From positions 8,188 through 72,187 of the forward strand of contig CAZLHM010000005.1 of NCBI GenBank assembly GCA_964559555.1: a stretch of DNA of 64,000 nt, written 5' to 3'. Positions 19,278 through 29,270 of this stretch are shown here, piece after piece. A model generated the notes under the pieces. That model saw only the letters and a list, made by a program, of their open reading frames with translations. It ran no database searches and had not been told where the DNA came from. Position 1 is the stretch's first letter. Each line of letters starts with the position of its first letter. Source of the stretch: an uncultured Candidatus Bathyarchaeia archaeon (GTDB lineage: Archaea > Thermoproteota > Bathyarchaeia > 40CM-2-53-6). The translations under genes were made by a program, and so were the position numbers.

Positions 19278-20318
19278 CTATGGCGAGAACAGAACCTTTC
19301 CGCTTTCTCCTTTTATGACTCGTTGAAATGCTTCTTCGGCCTTCTCAAGAGGCAGACGGTCCGTTATTACTCCCGTCAGGTTGACTCGCTTGTTGGCAAC
19401 GAGGCTTGCCTCTCGCTCCCATGTCCCGAACATGGATCGCCCGGTACTGCCGGCCACGGTCGCTTCCTTGTAGATGATCATGCTCGTTGCCTCAATTTCC
19501 ACCGACTTCGCAGGAAGGCCAACCAGCCCAACTCGTCCGGTCTTCTTCAACGCTTGAAATGACTGGCGAATGGTCACAGGGCTGCCAGCGAGTTCAATAA
19601 CCACGTCGGCACCTCTTCCGTTTGTCAACTCCATTGTCCGCTTCACGACATCCTCTTTCTCCGTGTTGACATACACGTCTGCAGACCCTATCCTCCTCGC
19701 CAAGTCGAGTCTGAACTGTCTAAGCTCGGCGGCAATCACGACTGAGGCGCCTGAGACCTTGGCTACCTGCTGGGCGAAAATCCCGATTGGGCCGGCGCCC
19801 ATGACCAACACGACATCACCTGGTTGTATTCCTGTTCTCTCGATTCCGTGAACGGCAACACCGAACGGTTCGAAGAGAGCTCCCTCCTCGTACGAAACTG
19901 AAGCTGGCAACTTGTAAGCGATGATTTCAGGAACCGCGGCATATTTCGCAAACGAACCTTCTCTCGTTTGGAGTCCGAATATCAGCATGTCTTGGCAGAT
20001 GTGCATGTTTCCCGTGCGGCAATAATAGCAGATCCCGCATGGAATGTGCGACTCGCCAGCCACATTGTCACCCGGCTGAAGAGATCGAACGTCTTTCCCG
20101 ACCTCAACGACCTTTCCAGAGAACTCATGACCTACCGTCATGGGGATCGGCGATTTCCAACGGGTAGTCTGCTCATCCCAATTGTAGATGTGGATGTCTG
20201 AACCACAGATAGCAGTCGCTTTGACCTCTACCAAAACCTGAGATGGCCCAATTGTCGGCTCTTCTATTTCCTGCACCCAAATTCCCGGCTTTGGCTCGAT
20301 CTTTCTTACAGCTTTCAT
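19278..20318 (-). CDS. tdh: Zn-dependent MDR dehydrogenase, L-threonine 3-dehydrogenase-like
   Basis: ICGSDIH, GHEFSG, ESHIPCGICYYC..C, GAGPIG, GSTGR, SGKV. Probable start is ATG 20318. Confidence 0.75.
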   Translation of the reverse strand: MKAVRKIEPKPGIWVQEIEEPTIGPSQVLVEVKATAICGSDIHIYNWDEQTTRWKSPIPMTVGHEFSGKVVEVGKDVRSLQPGDNVAGESHIPCGICYYCRTGNMHICQDMLIFGLQTREGSFAKYAAVPEIIAYKLPASVSYEEGALFEPFGVAVHGIERTGIQPGDVVLVMGAGPIGIFAQQVAKVSGASVVIAAELRQFRLDLARRIGSADVYVNTEKEDVVKRTMELTNGRGADVVIELAGSPVTIRQSFQALKKTGRVGLVGLPAKSVEIEATSMIIYKEATVAGSTGRSMFGTWEREASLVANKRVNLTGVITDRLPLEKAEEAFQRVIKGESGKVLFSP

Positions 20319-20498
20319 CCGAACCCATTCCCGGTTTCCGACTTGGACCCTATGCAGCTGAGATGCCATTAAAAGATCTCTCAAGATCGACCGCACACAG
20401 AGAACGTTTCAGACAGAGACTATCCCGTGATGACGGGTGAGGATCTCGCGCTATGTCTTTAAAGCGAAGTTCTCCAATTGACGGTCAGATGATCGAAT

Positions 20499-21263
20499 GT
20501 GCCGGAGTTCAAAGATGTAGCAATTGAAGCTTCCAAGCGCGCCGGAAAAGTGCTGATGGAGAACTTTGAGAAGAAGAAGCAGGTTCATCGCAAAGAAGCG
20601 AAGGAACTTGTAACTAACGTTGATGTCGAAGCTGAAGCCATTATTATGAAGACAATTCGAGAGACGTTCCCCAGCCACAAGTTCGAATCCGAGGAACTTG
20701 GCAGGGAGAAGTACACGGCCGAAGACTACGTCTGGATTGTGGATCCGCTTGACGGAACTCACAACTACACATATGGAATACCGTTCTTCAACACGTCGAT
20801 CGCACTAGCTCGCGGGGGCGAACTGATCCTCGGCGCAATATGCGACCCAGTTCACGACAAAATGTTCTACGCCGAGAGGGGCAAAGGCGCCTTCGTGAAC
20901 GGACAGCGGACTCATGTTTCTGAGAGAAATAAGCTGAGCGAAGCTCTTGTCATGTACGACAACCAATTCCACAAGAGAGAGGACATGTTTGCCAACTTCC
21001 AGAAGATCTACCCGAAGATCTTCACTGTGCGAATCTCTGGATCGGCGGCTACTGACGCGTGCCTAGTTGCATCTGGAATTGCAGACGCAAGGATATGGCA
21101 CAGAACCAAAGTCGTCGATGTTGCCGCCGGAGTTGTGATCGTCCAAGAAGCCGGAGGCAATGCTACCGACTTCAAGGGGAATCCCCTGCAACTTGGCGGT
21201 ACGGAAGTTATAGTGTCGAATGGGAAGATACTACCCGAACTGGTCGCAGCGCTGAAGGTCTAG
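20499..21263 (+). CDS. suhB: Inositol monophosphatase family
   Basis: LVTNVD, SEE, WIVDPLDGTHNY, DVAAG. Confidence 0.85.
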   Translation: MPEFKDVAIEASKRAGKVLMENFEKKKQVHRKEAKELVTNVDVEAEAIIMKTIRETFPSHKFESEELGREKYTAEDYVWIVDPLDGTHNYTYGIPFFNTSIALARGGELILGAICDPVHDKMFYAERGKGAFVNGQRTHVSERNKLSEALVMYDNQFHKREDMFANFQKIYPKIFTVRISGSAATDACLVASGIADARIWHRTKVVDVAAGVVIVQEAGGNATDFKGNPLQLGGTEVIVSNGKILPELVAALKV

Positions 21264-21295
21264 GCATGTCAGTGGTTTCCTGAAGCCGACGAGAA

Positions 21296-22300
21296 TCAGG
21301 CTTTGGAGCCCATCTTCACTTGGGCCATCTTGGCCGCGAGCTTGATGGCCTCGACCATGCTGCGCTCGTCCGCAATTCCTTTGCCGGCTATGTCGAATGC
21401 GGTACCGTGATCTACGGATGTTCGGATTATTGGCAACCCTATGGTGACATTCACGCCCGTATCGAAGCCTAGGAGCTTCACCGGAATGTGACCTTGATCG
21501 TGGTACATTGCAACGACACCGTCGAACTCGCCCTTGTTAGCTCGAAGGAAGACTGTGTCAGGTGGAATTGGGCCGAATGCCTTCATTCCTTCCTTGTTTG
21601 CGGCCTCCACTGCGGGCGCAATCTTCTCCCGTTCCTCCGTTCCGAAGAGCCCCCCGTCACTTGCGTGCGGATTGAGCCCTGCAACAGCTATCTTTGGGTC
21701 TGCGATTCCGAGCCCTTTGAGGGAGTTGTGCGCCAACCTGACTGTTTCAAGCACCGATTCCGGCGTTATGAGGGATGGAACCTTGCTCAATGGTACATGT
21801 ATGGTGACGTGGAATACGCGGACATTGCCCGCGACCAGAAGCATCGTGACTTCTTTCGTGCCGGTTAGGTTCGCTAGAAGTTCCGTATGGCCTGGGAACT
21901 GCGCCCCTGCTTTCCGGATCGCCTCCTTGTTGATAGATGCCGTGCAGAGTGCATTGAGCTTGTTCTCTTTTGTCAGCTTGACGCCTGTCTCGATGTATTC
22001 AAGCGACGCCTTCCCGGCTTGCGCCTGAACCTTTCCGATCTCGAGCTTGCTGATGTCAATGTTGTGAAGGTCGAGCACATCGATCGTACCGAACTCATAC
22101 TTGCCTTTCGCAGGATCATCGACAGCTCTTACGTTCATGTTGCTCTTCACGAAAGAGACAGCGTTCTTCATCACTCCAGCATCGCCGACCACGATCGGGC
22201 GACAGATATCGTAGAGCTCCTTGTGTGTAAGAGCCTTAGCGACTACTTCGGGGCCGATGCCGGCTGCATCGCCCATTGTGATACCTATAATCGGGTTCAT
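21296..22300 (-). CDS. pdxA: PdxA family (4-hydroxythreonine-4-P / tetronate-4-P dehydrogenase, PdxA2-like)
   Basis: ITMGDAAGIGPE, FPGHTE, LNPHA, PPDTVF, AMYHDQG, RTSVDHGTAFDIAG. Start is ATG 22300. Confidence 0.92.
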   Translation of the reverse strand: MNPIIGITMGDAAGIGPEVVAKALTHKELYDICRPIVVGDAGVMKNAVSFVKSNMNVRAVDDPAKGKYEFGTIDVLDLHNIDISKLEIGKVQAQAGKASLEYIETGVKLTKENKLNALCTASINKEAIRKAGAQFPGHTELLANLTGTKEVTMLLVAGNVRVFHVTIHVPLSKVPSLITPESVLETVRLAHNSLKGLGIADPKIAVAGLNPHASDGGLFGTEEREKIAPAVEAANKEGMKAFGPIPPDTVFLRANKGEFDGVVAMYHDQGHIPVKLLGFDTGVNVTIGLPIIRTSVDHGTAFDIAGKGIADERSMVEAIKLAAKMAQVKMGSKA

Positions 22301-22484
22301 CGAGGGATACCTCCCGACTGCGGGCGCCTTCCTTGCCGGTCCTCTATAAAGAGGCTTCCCCACCAAATCCTGAAGCAAGTAACCTTCGAGTTCGCTCAAC
22401 CTTTCCTCAGCTGGAAAGCCACGAATCGTTGCCTTCAATCGAGCGCTTATATTTCCGGCAAACTACGTGATCGCGGGTCGGTCT

Positions 22485-23495
22485 ATGAAACTGCGAATCG
22501 GCTACGACTGTTGCATGGAGCTGTACCACCCGAACGTCTTCCTTGAACTCGTTCCGCTTGTCGAGAATGCCGGATTCGATTCGTTGTGGGGTAGCGATCA
22601 CTTCCATCCTTGGGGAGACACGGGCGCATCCTCGTGCTTCACGTGGGCTTGGATTGCAGCAGCAGCGGAGAGAACCAAGAGAATCCCCATCGGAACAGCA
22701 GTGACCTGTCCGATGTTTCGATATCATCCTGCAATTGTTGCTCAAGCATTCGCGACCTTACGAGCAATGTACCCGGACCGCATATTCCTCGGATTGGGCA
22801 CTGGAGAGGCAATGAATGAGGTACCCCTTGGATACGTTTGGCCTTCTGTGAAGGAACGAATCGAACGCTTCGAAGAATCAATCCAGTTGATGAAGAAACT
22901 GTGGACAGAAGAGTGGATTGACTTCAAGGGTAAGTACTATCGTCTTAAACAGGCAAAGCTCTACGTGAAACCTGCAACTCCTGTACCGATCTATGTAGCC
23001 TCGTTCGGACCCAAAGTCGCTGAGATTGCTGGAAAATATGCAGATGGCTACATCACGACCCTGGTGTCCGAGGAGCAGCTACGCAATGTTCTTGTTCCCG
23101 CGATCGAACGCGGCGCGAAGAAAATGGGCCGGGATCCATCAGAGATCGAAAAGGTCGTGGAACTTGGTGTCGGGTACGACAAGGACTACGAAAGAGCGCT
23201 CAAGAAGGTACGCTTCTGGGCGGGGACGATGTTCCACTTCGTCTTCAAACACGGCATATCCGACCCACGAGAAATCGAAGCGATGGGAAACCTCGTCGGC
23301 GATGAGCACATCGCGAAGGGCTTTGCGATCGGAACCAAGGCTGAGGACTTCATCCCCAGAATTGAGACCTGCATCAAGCTCGGATTCGACCACATCTATC
23401 TTCAGAGCACAAGCCCAGACGAGAAGGCCTTCATCCACCTATGCGAAAAGGAGATCCTACCTTACATTAGAGAAACATATTGTAGGGAGCGGTAG
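22485..23495 (+). CDS. F420-dependent LLM oxidoreductase (Fgd/Adf-like)
   Basis: SDHFHPW, GTAVTCP, RYHPAIVAQAFATL, GTGEAMNE. Confidence 0.85.
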   Translation: MKLRIGYDCCMELYHPNVFLELVPLVENAGFDSLWGSDHFHPWGDTGASSCFTWAWIAAAAERTKRIPIGTAVTCPMFRYHPAIVAQAFATLRAMYPDRIFLGLGTGEAMNEVPLGYVWPSVKERIERFEESIQLMKKLWTEEWIDFKGKYYRLKQAKLYVKPATPVPIYVASFGPKVAEIAGKYADGYITTLVSEEQLRNVLVPAIERGAKKMGRDPSEIEKVVELGVGYDKDYERALKKVRFWAGTMFHFVFKHGISDPREIEAMGNLVGDEHIAKGFAIGTKAEDFIPRIETCIKLGFDHIYLQSTSPDEKAFIHLCEKEILPYIRETYCRER

Positions 23496-23506
23496 GTAGC
23501 CCGCCC

Positions 23507-23938
23507 ATGACAACGAAGATCATACAGGTAGGAATCCTTGTCAAAGATGTGGAAGAAAGCGCGAAGAAGCTCGAGAAAGTGATGGAGATCGGGCCGTTTG
23601 AGACCTTCGAGCCTGAATACCGCGACTTGACTCTGCACGGGATGCCTGCGAAGTTCAGGATGAAGATAGGACTCGCCAGAGCAGGGCCGGTACAGATCGA
23701 GCTCATGCAGCCTCTAGAAGGCGACACAATCTACGATGATGCGCTTCGAGAGAAAGGATACGGACTCCACCATTTGGGAATCCGAACCGACAACATGGAC
23801 GAGAGCATCAAAGAGATGGGGGCAAGAGGTTTCAAAGTGATACAGAGCGGGAATCGCCCAGGAGTGAAATGGGCGTACTTGGATACAGAGCAACAGACCG
23901 GCGTGATCTTCGAGCTGATCGAGAAGAAAGAGCCCTGA
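23507..23938 (+). CDS. VOC family protein (methylmalonyl-CoA epimerase-like fold)
   Basis: QIELMQP, GLHHLG, AYLDT, FELIE. Lies 11 bp after the LLM gene. Confidence 0.85.
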   Translation: MTTKIIQVGILVKDVEESAKKLEKVMEIGPFETFEPEYRDLTLHGMPAKFRMKIGLARAGPVQIELMQPLEGDTIYDDALREKGYGLHHLGIRTDNMDESIKEMGARGFKVIQSGNRPGVKWAYLDTEQQTGVIFELIEKKEP

Positions 23939-23962
23939 CCCGTGGAGAACAGGGTGACCGTG

Positions 23963-25381
23963 TCACAGGTGCGCGTCTAGCTGACGGACGATGTTGTCCA
24001 GCTGTTTCCGGATGTCTCGATCCAGCGGAGGGACCTCATGCTTCGACAGGATCGTGTCTGCCTTCTTCTTGGCGACTTGCTCGATTCTGGCGTGACCTGC
24101 ACTTTGCCATCGACCACGGGGGCTCTTGTCGAAAAGCCGTGGCTGGTAGTGTTCCTTCTCATAGTACCTAAGTGTGTGTGGATACTTGATGTATGAAGCA
24201 TCGTGGCCAACTTGTGCAATTAGATCAGTTGCGAGCGTTTCGTCGTCAACTATCATTCCTCTAAGCGCTCGGAACATCATTCCGTACAACTCGTCATCTA
24301 TGACCAACTGTGCAAGACTTGAGCCTACGAGACTCTCCATCGTTCCGGCGCCTGAGACAATTTCTGAACCAGCAAGCGCGGGAAAGAGACTGCACAAGGT
24401 CTTCTCGAACCCAACTTGCTCGTCGTGTGTCTTCGAATCGGTGCATGGACCAACGGCATCGGAGGGCATACCGTAGTAGTGGGCGATCTGGACGCCCGCA
24501 GCTGAGAGAAGCGCCGTCTCAGCTGATCCCCACGACAAGCCCCCCGTTCTCATGTCTACCGGCGCGCAGCGTGTCCCATAGATCACCGGCGAGTTTGGAC
24601 TACTCAGCTGGACTATTGCGTTCATCGCAAGATCTTCTACGTTCTGAAGAACGAGTGAACCGGCAAGGGTTACTGGACCGGTAGTACCTAGCATTGGACT
24701 GGAATCGAGCATTACGGGGACTTTCGATCTTGCGCATGCAATGATTTGTCTCGCACAGTCTTGACCGATCTTAAGTGGCGTCGATGTTGCCGCCAAGAAG
24801 CTCACAAGAGGACGCTTCACGAACTCGTTCTGACCCCCTCTGACGATCTGAGCCATCCCTACGATTGTTCTGAAAGTCTCGTAGGTCAAAGGAGAGAAGA
24901 ATAGATGCTTTGTCGTGTTCTCCAAGCACGTCCTGACTGCGTGGACGTCTGCCATAGTTACAGGGACATCGCTAGGAATCAGGTGCGTAGCGCAAAAGGA
25001 GATGTTGTCGAGCGCATCAACGAGCCTTGCTGATGCTGTTGTGTCCTTCATGGTCGCATTCCGAGATTGACCGGTCTCAATATCAAGGACCTTCGTGTAG
25101 CCACTCCCAGGTCGGCTGGAGACTCTGCCCCTCTCGATCAGCAGGTCGCGCTCCTTTTCTCGTGCGCCTAGAACCAGACTGTGTGGAGTCTTGTCGACAG
25201 TCGCATCAATGACCTTCTTGGGGATCTTCACGATCCTGGTTGCCTGATCAACTTCGCACCCCGCCTCGCCCATTAATCGGAAGGATTCATCATCGTAGAT
25301 TACCACTCCAACCCTTTCGAGGACGTTGAGCGTTGCGAGATGGATCTCGTCCAGCTGTTTCTTGTCGAGGAGAGTGTACAA
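23963..25381 (-). CDS. mttB: MttB superfamily methyltransferase, non-pyrrolysine (copy 2)
   Basis: IHLATLNVLERVG, GTTGPVTLAG, DMRTG, YGMPSDAVGPCTDSK..DEQVGFEK. Confidence 0.9.
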   Translation of the reverse strand: MYTLLDKKQLDEIHLATLNVLERVGVVIYDDESFRLMGEAGCEVDQATRIVKIPKKVIDATVDKTPHSLVLGAREKERDLLIERGRVSSRPGSGYTKVLDIETGQSRNATMKDTTASARLVDALDNISFCATHLIPSDVPVTMADVHAVRTCLENTTKHLFFSPLTYETFRTIVGMAQIVRGGQNEFVKRPLVSFLAATSTPLKIGQDCARQIIACARSKVPVMLDSSPMLGTTGPVTLAGSLVLQNVEDLAMNAIVQLSSPNSPVIYGTRCAPVDMRTGGLSWGSAETALLSAAGVQIAHYYGMPSDAVGPCTDSKTHDEQVGFEKTLCSLFPALAGSEIVSGAGTMESLVGSSLAQLVIDDELYGMMFRALRGMIVDDETLATDLIAQVGHDASYIKYPHTLRYYEKEHYQPRLFDKSPRGRWQSAGHARIEQVAKKKADTILSKHEVPPLDRDIRKQLDNIVRQLDAHL

Positions 25382-25578
25382 TCACCGTTCTCCTGTGTTC
25401 TCATTGTTAGGAAGAGGCAAGACCTCTAAAGGAACTTTCTGTGAAGAGTCTCCTCCTACCAATGCTCTCCAATGGTTGGAAGATGTTCGCGGACGGATTC
25501 TGAGTGAATTGGCACGCGCTTGTGATGGAGAGACAACGCTTTTGTCGATCCAGCGGGGCCCCTATTGGCGCAAGCTGA

Positions 25579-26961
25579 GTGGATTTGCACACACAGGAGC
25601 AGTTAGGTAGATTATTACCTCGCATCGCGGTTGACCCTCCGGGTCCGAACTCTAAGAAGATCGCCGCAGTATTGGGCGAGTTTGAGACTCCGAGTCTATC
25701 CTCAGTTCTCCTCGGAGAGATCCCCACGGCGTGGAAGCAGGCACGAGGTGCGAACGTCATCGACGCTGACGACAACCTATACGTTGACTTGACGGCTGGC
25801 TTCTGCGTCGGAATCGCCGGTCACTGTCATCCAAGAATTGTGGGGGCCATCCAGAGACAAGCGGAGATCATGACACATGCTCCGGCAGCTCAGGCACCTT
25901 CTCCCGGCAGAGCTGAACTCGTCAAGAAGATCGCTGAGATCGTGCCCAGACCGCTCAAGCGAACCCACCTCCTCACCGGTGGCGCAGAGGCGATCGATGT
26001 CGGTCTCAAACTAGCGCGTCTTCACACGAAGAGAATGGAGATAATGGCGTTTGAAGGTGGCTTTCACGGCAAGACGTTGTTCGCTTTGTCTGCAACGGCG
26101 AGGAGACACTACCGGGAAGGCTTTCTCCCGCTCGTTCCCGGGGTCTTTCACGCACCGTTCCCATACTGCTACCGTTGCCCGTTCGGTGAGGATGTCTCCT
26201 GTGGCGACTGCTCGACCCAATGCCTGAACTACATCGAGCACATGATCAAAGATCCAGCTTCAGGCATTACTGAAGTCGCCACCATGCTTCTTGAGCCGAT
26301 TGAGGGACATGAGGGGTGGATCGTCCCGCCAACGGACTTCCTGCCCGCGCTCAGAAGGATCTGTGACGAGAACGGAATTCTACTCATGCTCGACGAGATC
26401 ATCACCGGCTTCGGCAGAACCGGAAAGATGTTCTGCTTCCAGCATTTCGATGTCGTTCCTGACATTCTTGTGTGCGCAAAAGGTGTCGCGAGCGGGTTTC
26501 CGATCTCGTTGGTCGTTTCCACGGATGAGATCATGAGCTCTTGGGGAGCCTTCAAACATACGAGCACTTTCTCAGCAAACCCGCTCGGATGCGCCGCCGC
26601 GCTGGCAAGCCTAGATGTAATTGAGAAGGAGCGCCTGGTGGAACGATCCGCGATGATGGGTCGTGACTTCCTCAAGCGTCTAGAGGAGATCAAGGACCGG
26701 CACAAGATAGTTGGTGACGCGAGAGGGCTCGGAATGATGTGCGGGCTCGAACTCGTCCGTGATGCGAGAAAGACCCCGGCGGTGGAGGAGACCAGGGCGA
26801 TTGTTGAATACACGCTTAAGCATGGCGTCATCCTACAACCCCCTGGAGGACGATTCGGAAACGTTCTGAAGCTGTCACCCCCGCTCGTAATCACGGAGGA
26901 ACAGCTCGACTTCGGCCTACGAATTTTGGATGAAGCAATCGCCTTCGCCGAGAAACACTAG
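25579..26961 (+). CDS. Class III PLP aminotransferase (GabT-like)
   Basis: GGAEA, FHGKT, LDEIITGFGRTG, AKGVASG (PLP Lys), HTSTFSANP. Confidence 0.9.
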   Translation: MDLHTQEQLGRLLPRIAVDPPGPNSKKIAAVLGEFETPSLSSVLLGEIPTAWKQARGANVIDADDNLYVDLTAGFCVGIAGHCHPRIVGAIQRQAEIMTHAPAAQAPSPGRAELVKKIAEIVPRPLKRTHLLTGGAEAIDVGLKLARLHTKRMEIMAFEGGFHGKTLFALSATARRHYREGFLPLVPGVFHAPFPYCYRCPFGEDVSCGDCSTQCLNYIEHMIKDPASGITEVATMLLEPIEGHEGWIVPPTDFLPALRRICDENGILLMLDEIITGFGRTGKMFCFQHFDVVPDILVCAKGVASGFPISLVVSTDEIMSSWGAFKHTSTFSANPLGCAAALASLDVIEKERLVERSAMMGRDFLKRLEEIKDRHKIVGDARGLGMMCGLELVRDARKTPAVEETRAIVEYTLKHGVILQPPGGRFGNVLKLSPPLVITEEQLDFGLRILDEAIAFAEKH

Positions 26962-27048
26962 CGCCTTCCACGCTCGTCTGATTGACGCAGAGTGCTATCG
27001 TTAATAGCGTGAGATGTCGGCTCATCAAGTGATCTGATCGGTTGTGGT

Positions 27049-27453
27049 GTGATGATCAAGAGAGTCAGTCACGTAGGAGTTGTCGTAAGCAACCTGGATG
27101 AGACGCTGAAGCTCTACGAACGAGTCTTCGGGCTCAAGCCTACAGTTGTCAAGGAAGCCATGGAAGGCAAGGTCAGAATCGCATTCGTGCCGGTGGGCGA
27201 TGGCGAGATTGAACTAATACAGCCCGTAGATCCGAGCGTACCTCAGAGCAAGTTCTTGCAGACTCATGGTCCGGGACTCCACCACGTCTCACTCTCCACT
27301 GACGACATGGATGCAGACCTTGAGAAGATGAGAAAGGACGGAGTTGCTTTCGCCGCCGAAAAACCCAACGTCGGCGCACACGGCGTGCGAATAATCTTCA
27401 CGAAGCCAGAGACGACGGGTGCAGTCGCTTTCGAGCTATGTGAGGAAATCTAG
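27049..27453 (+). CDS. Methylmalonyl-CoA epimerase-like VOC protein
   Basis: HVGVVV, IELIQP, GLHHVS, GAHG, FELCE. Confidence 0.85.
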   Translation: MMIKRVSHVGVVVSNLDETLKLYERVFGLKPTVVKEAMEGKVRIAFVPVGDGEIELIQPVDPSVPQSKFLQTHGPGLHHVSLSTDDMDADLEKMRKDGVAFAAEKPNVGAHGVRIIFTKPETTGAVAFELCEEI

Positions 27454-27518
27454 GCTCGGCCCCGACCGTCGTAGCACAGCGTTCGAATTGATGCCCCTGC
27501 GCTAGAAGTCCAGCCAGC

Positions 27519-27902
27519 CTAGAGTTTGCCCATCATCCTCAGTAAGGCCTCCTCGGGCCCCGGAGGAACCAGTATCCAGTAGGCGTGCAGCGTCTCTTTT
27601 CCTGTATTGATTATCTGATGTGTCGACTTCGCCGGCGCATAGGCAATGGCGCCCGGCTCAACCTCGACCTCATTTTCGTCCGCAATGACTTTGCCATGAC
27701 CTTTGGTGATTATCCAGAACTCATCTGTTACCTCGTGTGAGTGAGGATCACTCTTTCCGGTCGGCGGGATGGTGACCGTTCCAAGCGAGGCCGATTTTAC
27801 TCCCTGAATCTTGGTAGAGTAGAGGACTTGCCGGTGCCTCTCGTATGGAGGAGGTGTGGCTAGATAGTCTGCTTCCCATGATTTCGCGACTAGTGGTTTC
27901 AT
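27519..27902 (-). CDS. Cupin domain protein
   Basis: PHSH...E..I..G and P...H...NTG cupin motifs. Confidence 0.85.
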   Translation of the reverse strand: MKPLVAKSWEADYLATPPPYERHRQVLYSTKIQGVKSASLGTVTIPPTGKSDPHSHEVTDEFWIITKGHGKVIADENEVEVEPGAIAYAPAKSTHQIINTGKETLHAYWILVPPGPEEALLRMMGKL

Positions 27903-28051
27903 CTTGTCAACGCACCTTGTCTTTGGCGGAGCATTTCAGGGCATTCTCGCTCTAATAAGATGCAACCTCGCGCGCTGAGGGAATAGAAGCACCGGCGACA
28001 ATTGTGCACAACGTTATTGTGAGTTGGATGATACTGACTGGCTGAGGCAGA

Positions 28052-29218
28052 TTGCCGGCGCGTCTTCTAGTCCACAACGGGGTCGTATACACACCACTCG
28101 AGATGATCCCAGATGGGGCTGTCCTGATAGAGAACGACAGGATCAGAAAGGTCGGTCGGAGGCGTGAGATCTCTGACCAGTACCTTGAGACCGTGGACGC
28201 CGGAGGCAAGATAATCTGCCCAGGTTTCATTGACCTCCAGGTGAACGGTGGGGGAGGAGCGCTTCTAACCGAAGATGCGAACTACGAATCTGTCTGTAGA
28301 ATGGCTGAAGCCCATTCCTCCTTCGGGACGACAAGCTTCCTGCCCACCGTCATGACTGCACATGAGCGGCAGATCTGCTCAGCTCTTCGTGCTGCAAGTG
28401 AGGCTGTTCGAAAGGGCACTGGAACAGCGACTGTCCTCGGAAGCCACCTTGAGGGACCGTTCATCAACAGAAAGAAGAAGGGCATTCACGACGAACGATA
28501 CATGCTCTCTCCCTCAATCGAGACATTCTCGTCATTCTACGAGGCTTCAGAGGGCACACTGAGGCTACTCACGCTCGCGCCAGAACTACCCGCAAGTCTT
28601 CCTCTCGTAGAACACGCGGTGATGAAAGGCGTGACGGTATCGATCGGTCACACGACCGCTAGCTTCTTGGAGGTCCAGCAAGCCGTGAACGCAGGGGCCA
28701 GTGTGGCGACCCACATCTTCAACGCAATGGAGGGTCTCAGTAGCCGCGAGCCTGGCACCGTCGGCGCGATACTATCAATCGAGAAAGTGCGGGCGGGACT
28801 AGTCGCGGATGGCATTCACGTTCATCCCAAGTCTATGAAGGTCTGCATCCAAGCGAAGGGAATTGAGAATGTCTTCCTCGTAACCGACGCCATGTCGCCG
28901 GTGGGCACATCAATGACCTCCTTCCGACTCGGTGACAAGGAGATCAACGTGCGAGATGGAGGATTGTATGCATCGGATGGAACGATTGCAGGGAGCATGC
29001 TGACAATGAACACAGCCGTGAGAATCATCAATGAACTCGCAGACCTTCCGCTCCAACAAGCAATAGCGATGGCCACGATCAACCCAGCCACAGCAATATG
29101 CATCGATCAACAGAAGGGAAGCCTCGAAGCCGGAAAGGATGCGGATCTTGTTGTCTGCGACGAGAAACTCAATGTTCGCAAAGTCCTAGTGAAGGGCGGA
29201 TTGGTTCACGAAGCATGA
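28052..29218 (+). CDS. nagA: N-acetylglucosamine-6-phosphate deacetylase
   Basis: PGFIDLQVNG, HLEGPF, LAPE, GHT, THIFNAM, DGIHV, VTDAM, AGS. Confidence 0.92.
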   Translation: MPARLLVHNGVVYTPLEMIPDGAVLIENDRIRKVGRRREISDQYLETVDAGGKIICPGFIDLQVNGGGGALLTEDANYESVCRMAEAHSSFGTTSFLPTVMTAHERQICSALRAASEAVRKGTGTATVLGSHLEGPFINRKKKGIHDERYMLSPSIETFSSFYEASEGTLRLLTLAPELPASLPLVEHAVMKGVTVSIGHTTASFLEVQQAVNAGASVATHIFNAMEGLSSREPGTVGAILSIEKVRAGLVADGIHVHPKSMKVCIQAKGIENVFLVTDAMSPVGTSMTSFRLGDKEINVRDGGLYASDGTIAGSMLTMNTAVRIINELADLPLQQAIAMATINPATAICIDQQKGSLEAGKDADLVVCDEKLNVRKVLVKGGLVHEA

Positions 29219-29270
29219 GATCAAATGCGAGACTCGCAATGATGTAATTCCGCGTATCTTGGTGACAGAA

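Noticed and set aside
27454-27518. tRNA-like GTTCGAA motif
   Set aside because: No cloverleaf can be formed in this short convergent spacer. The similar motif at 51541 lies inside a CDS.
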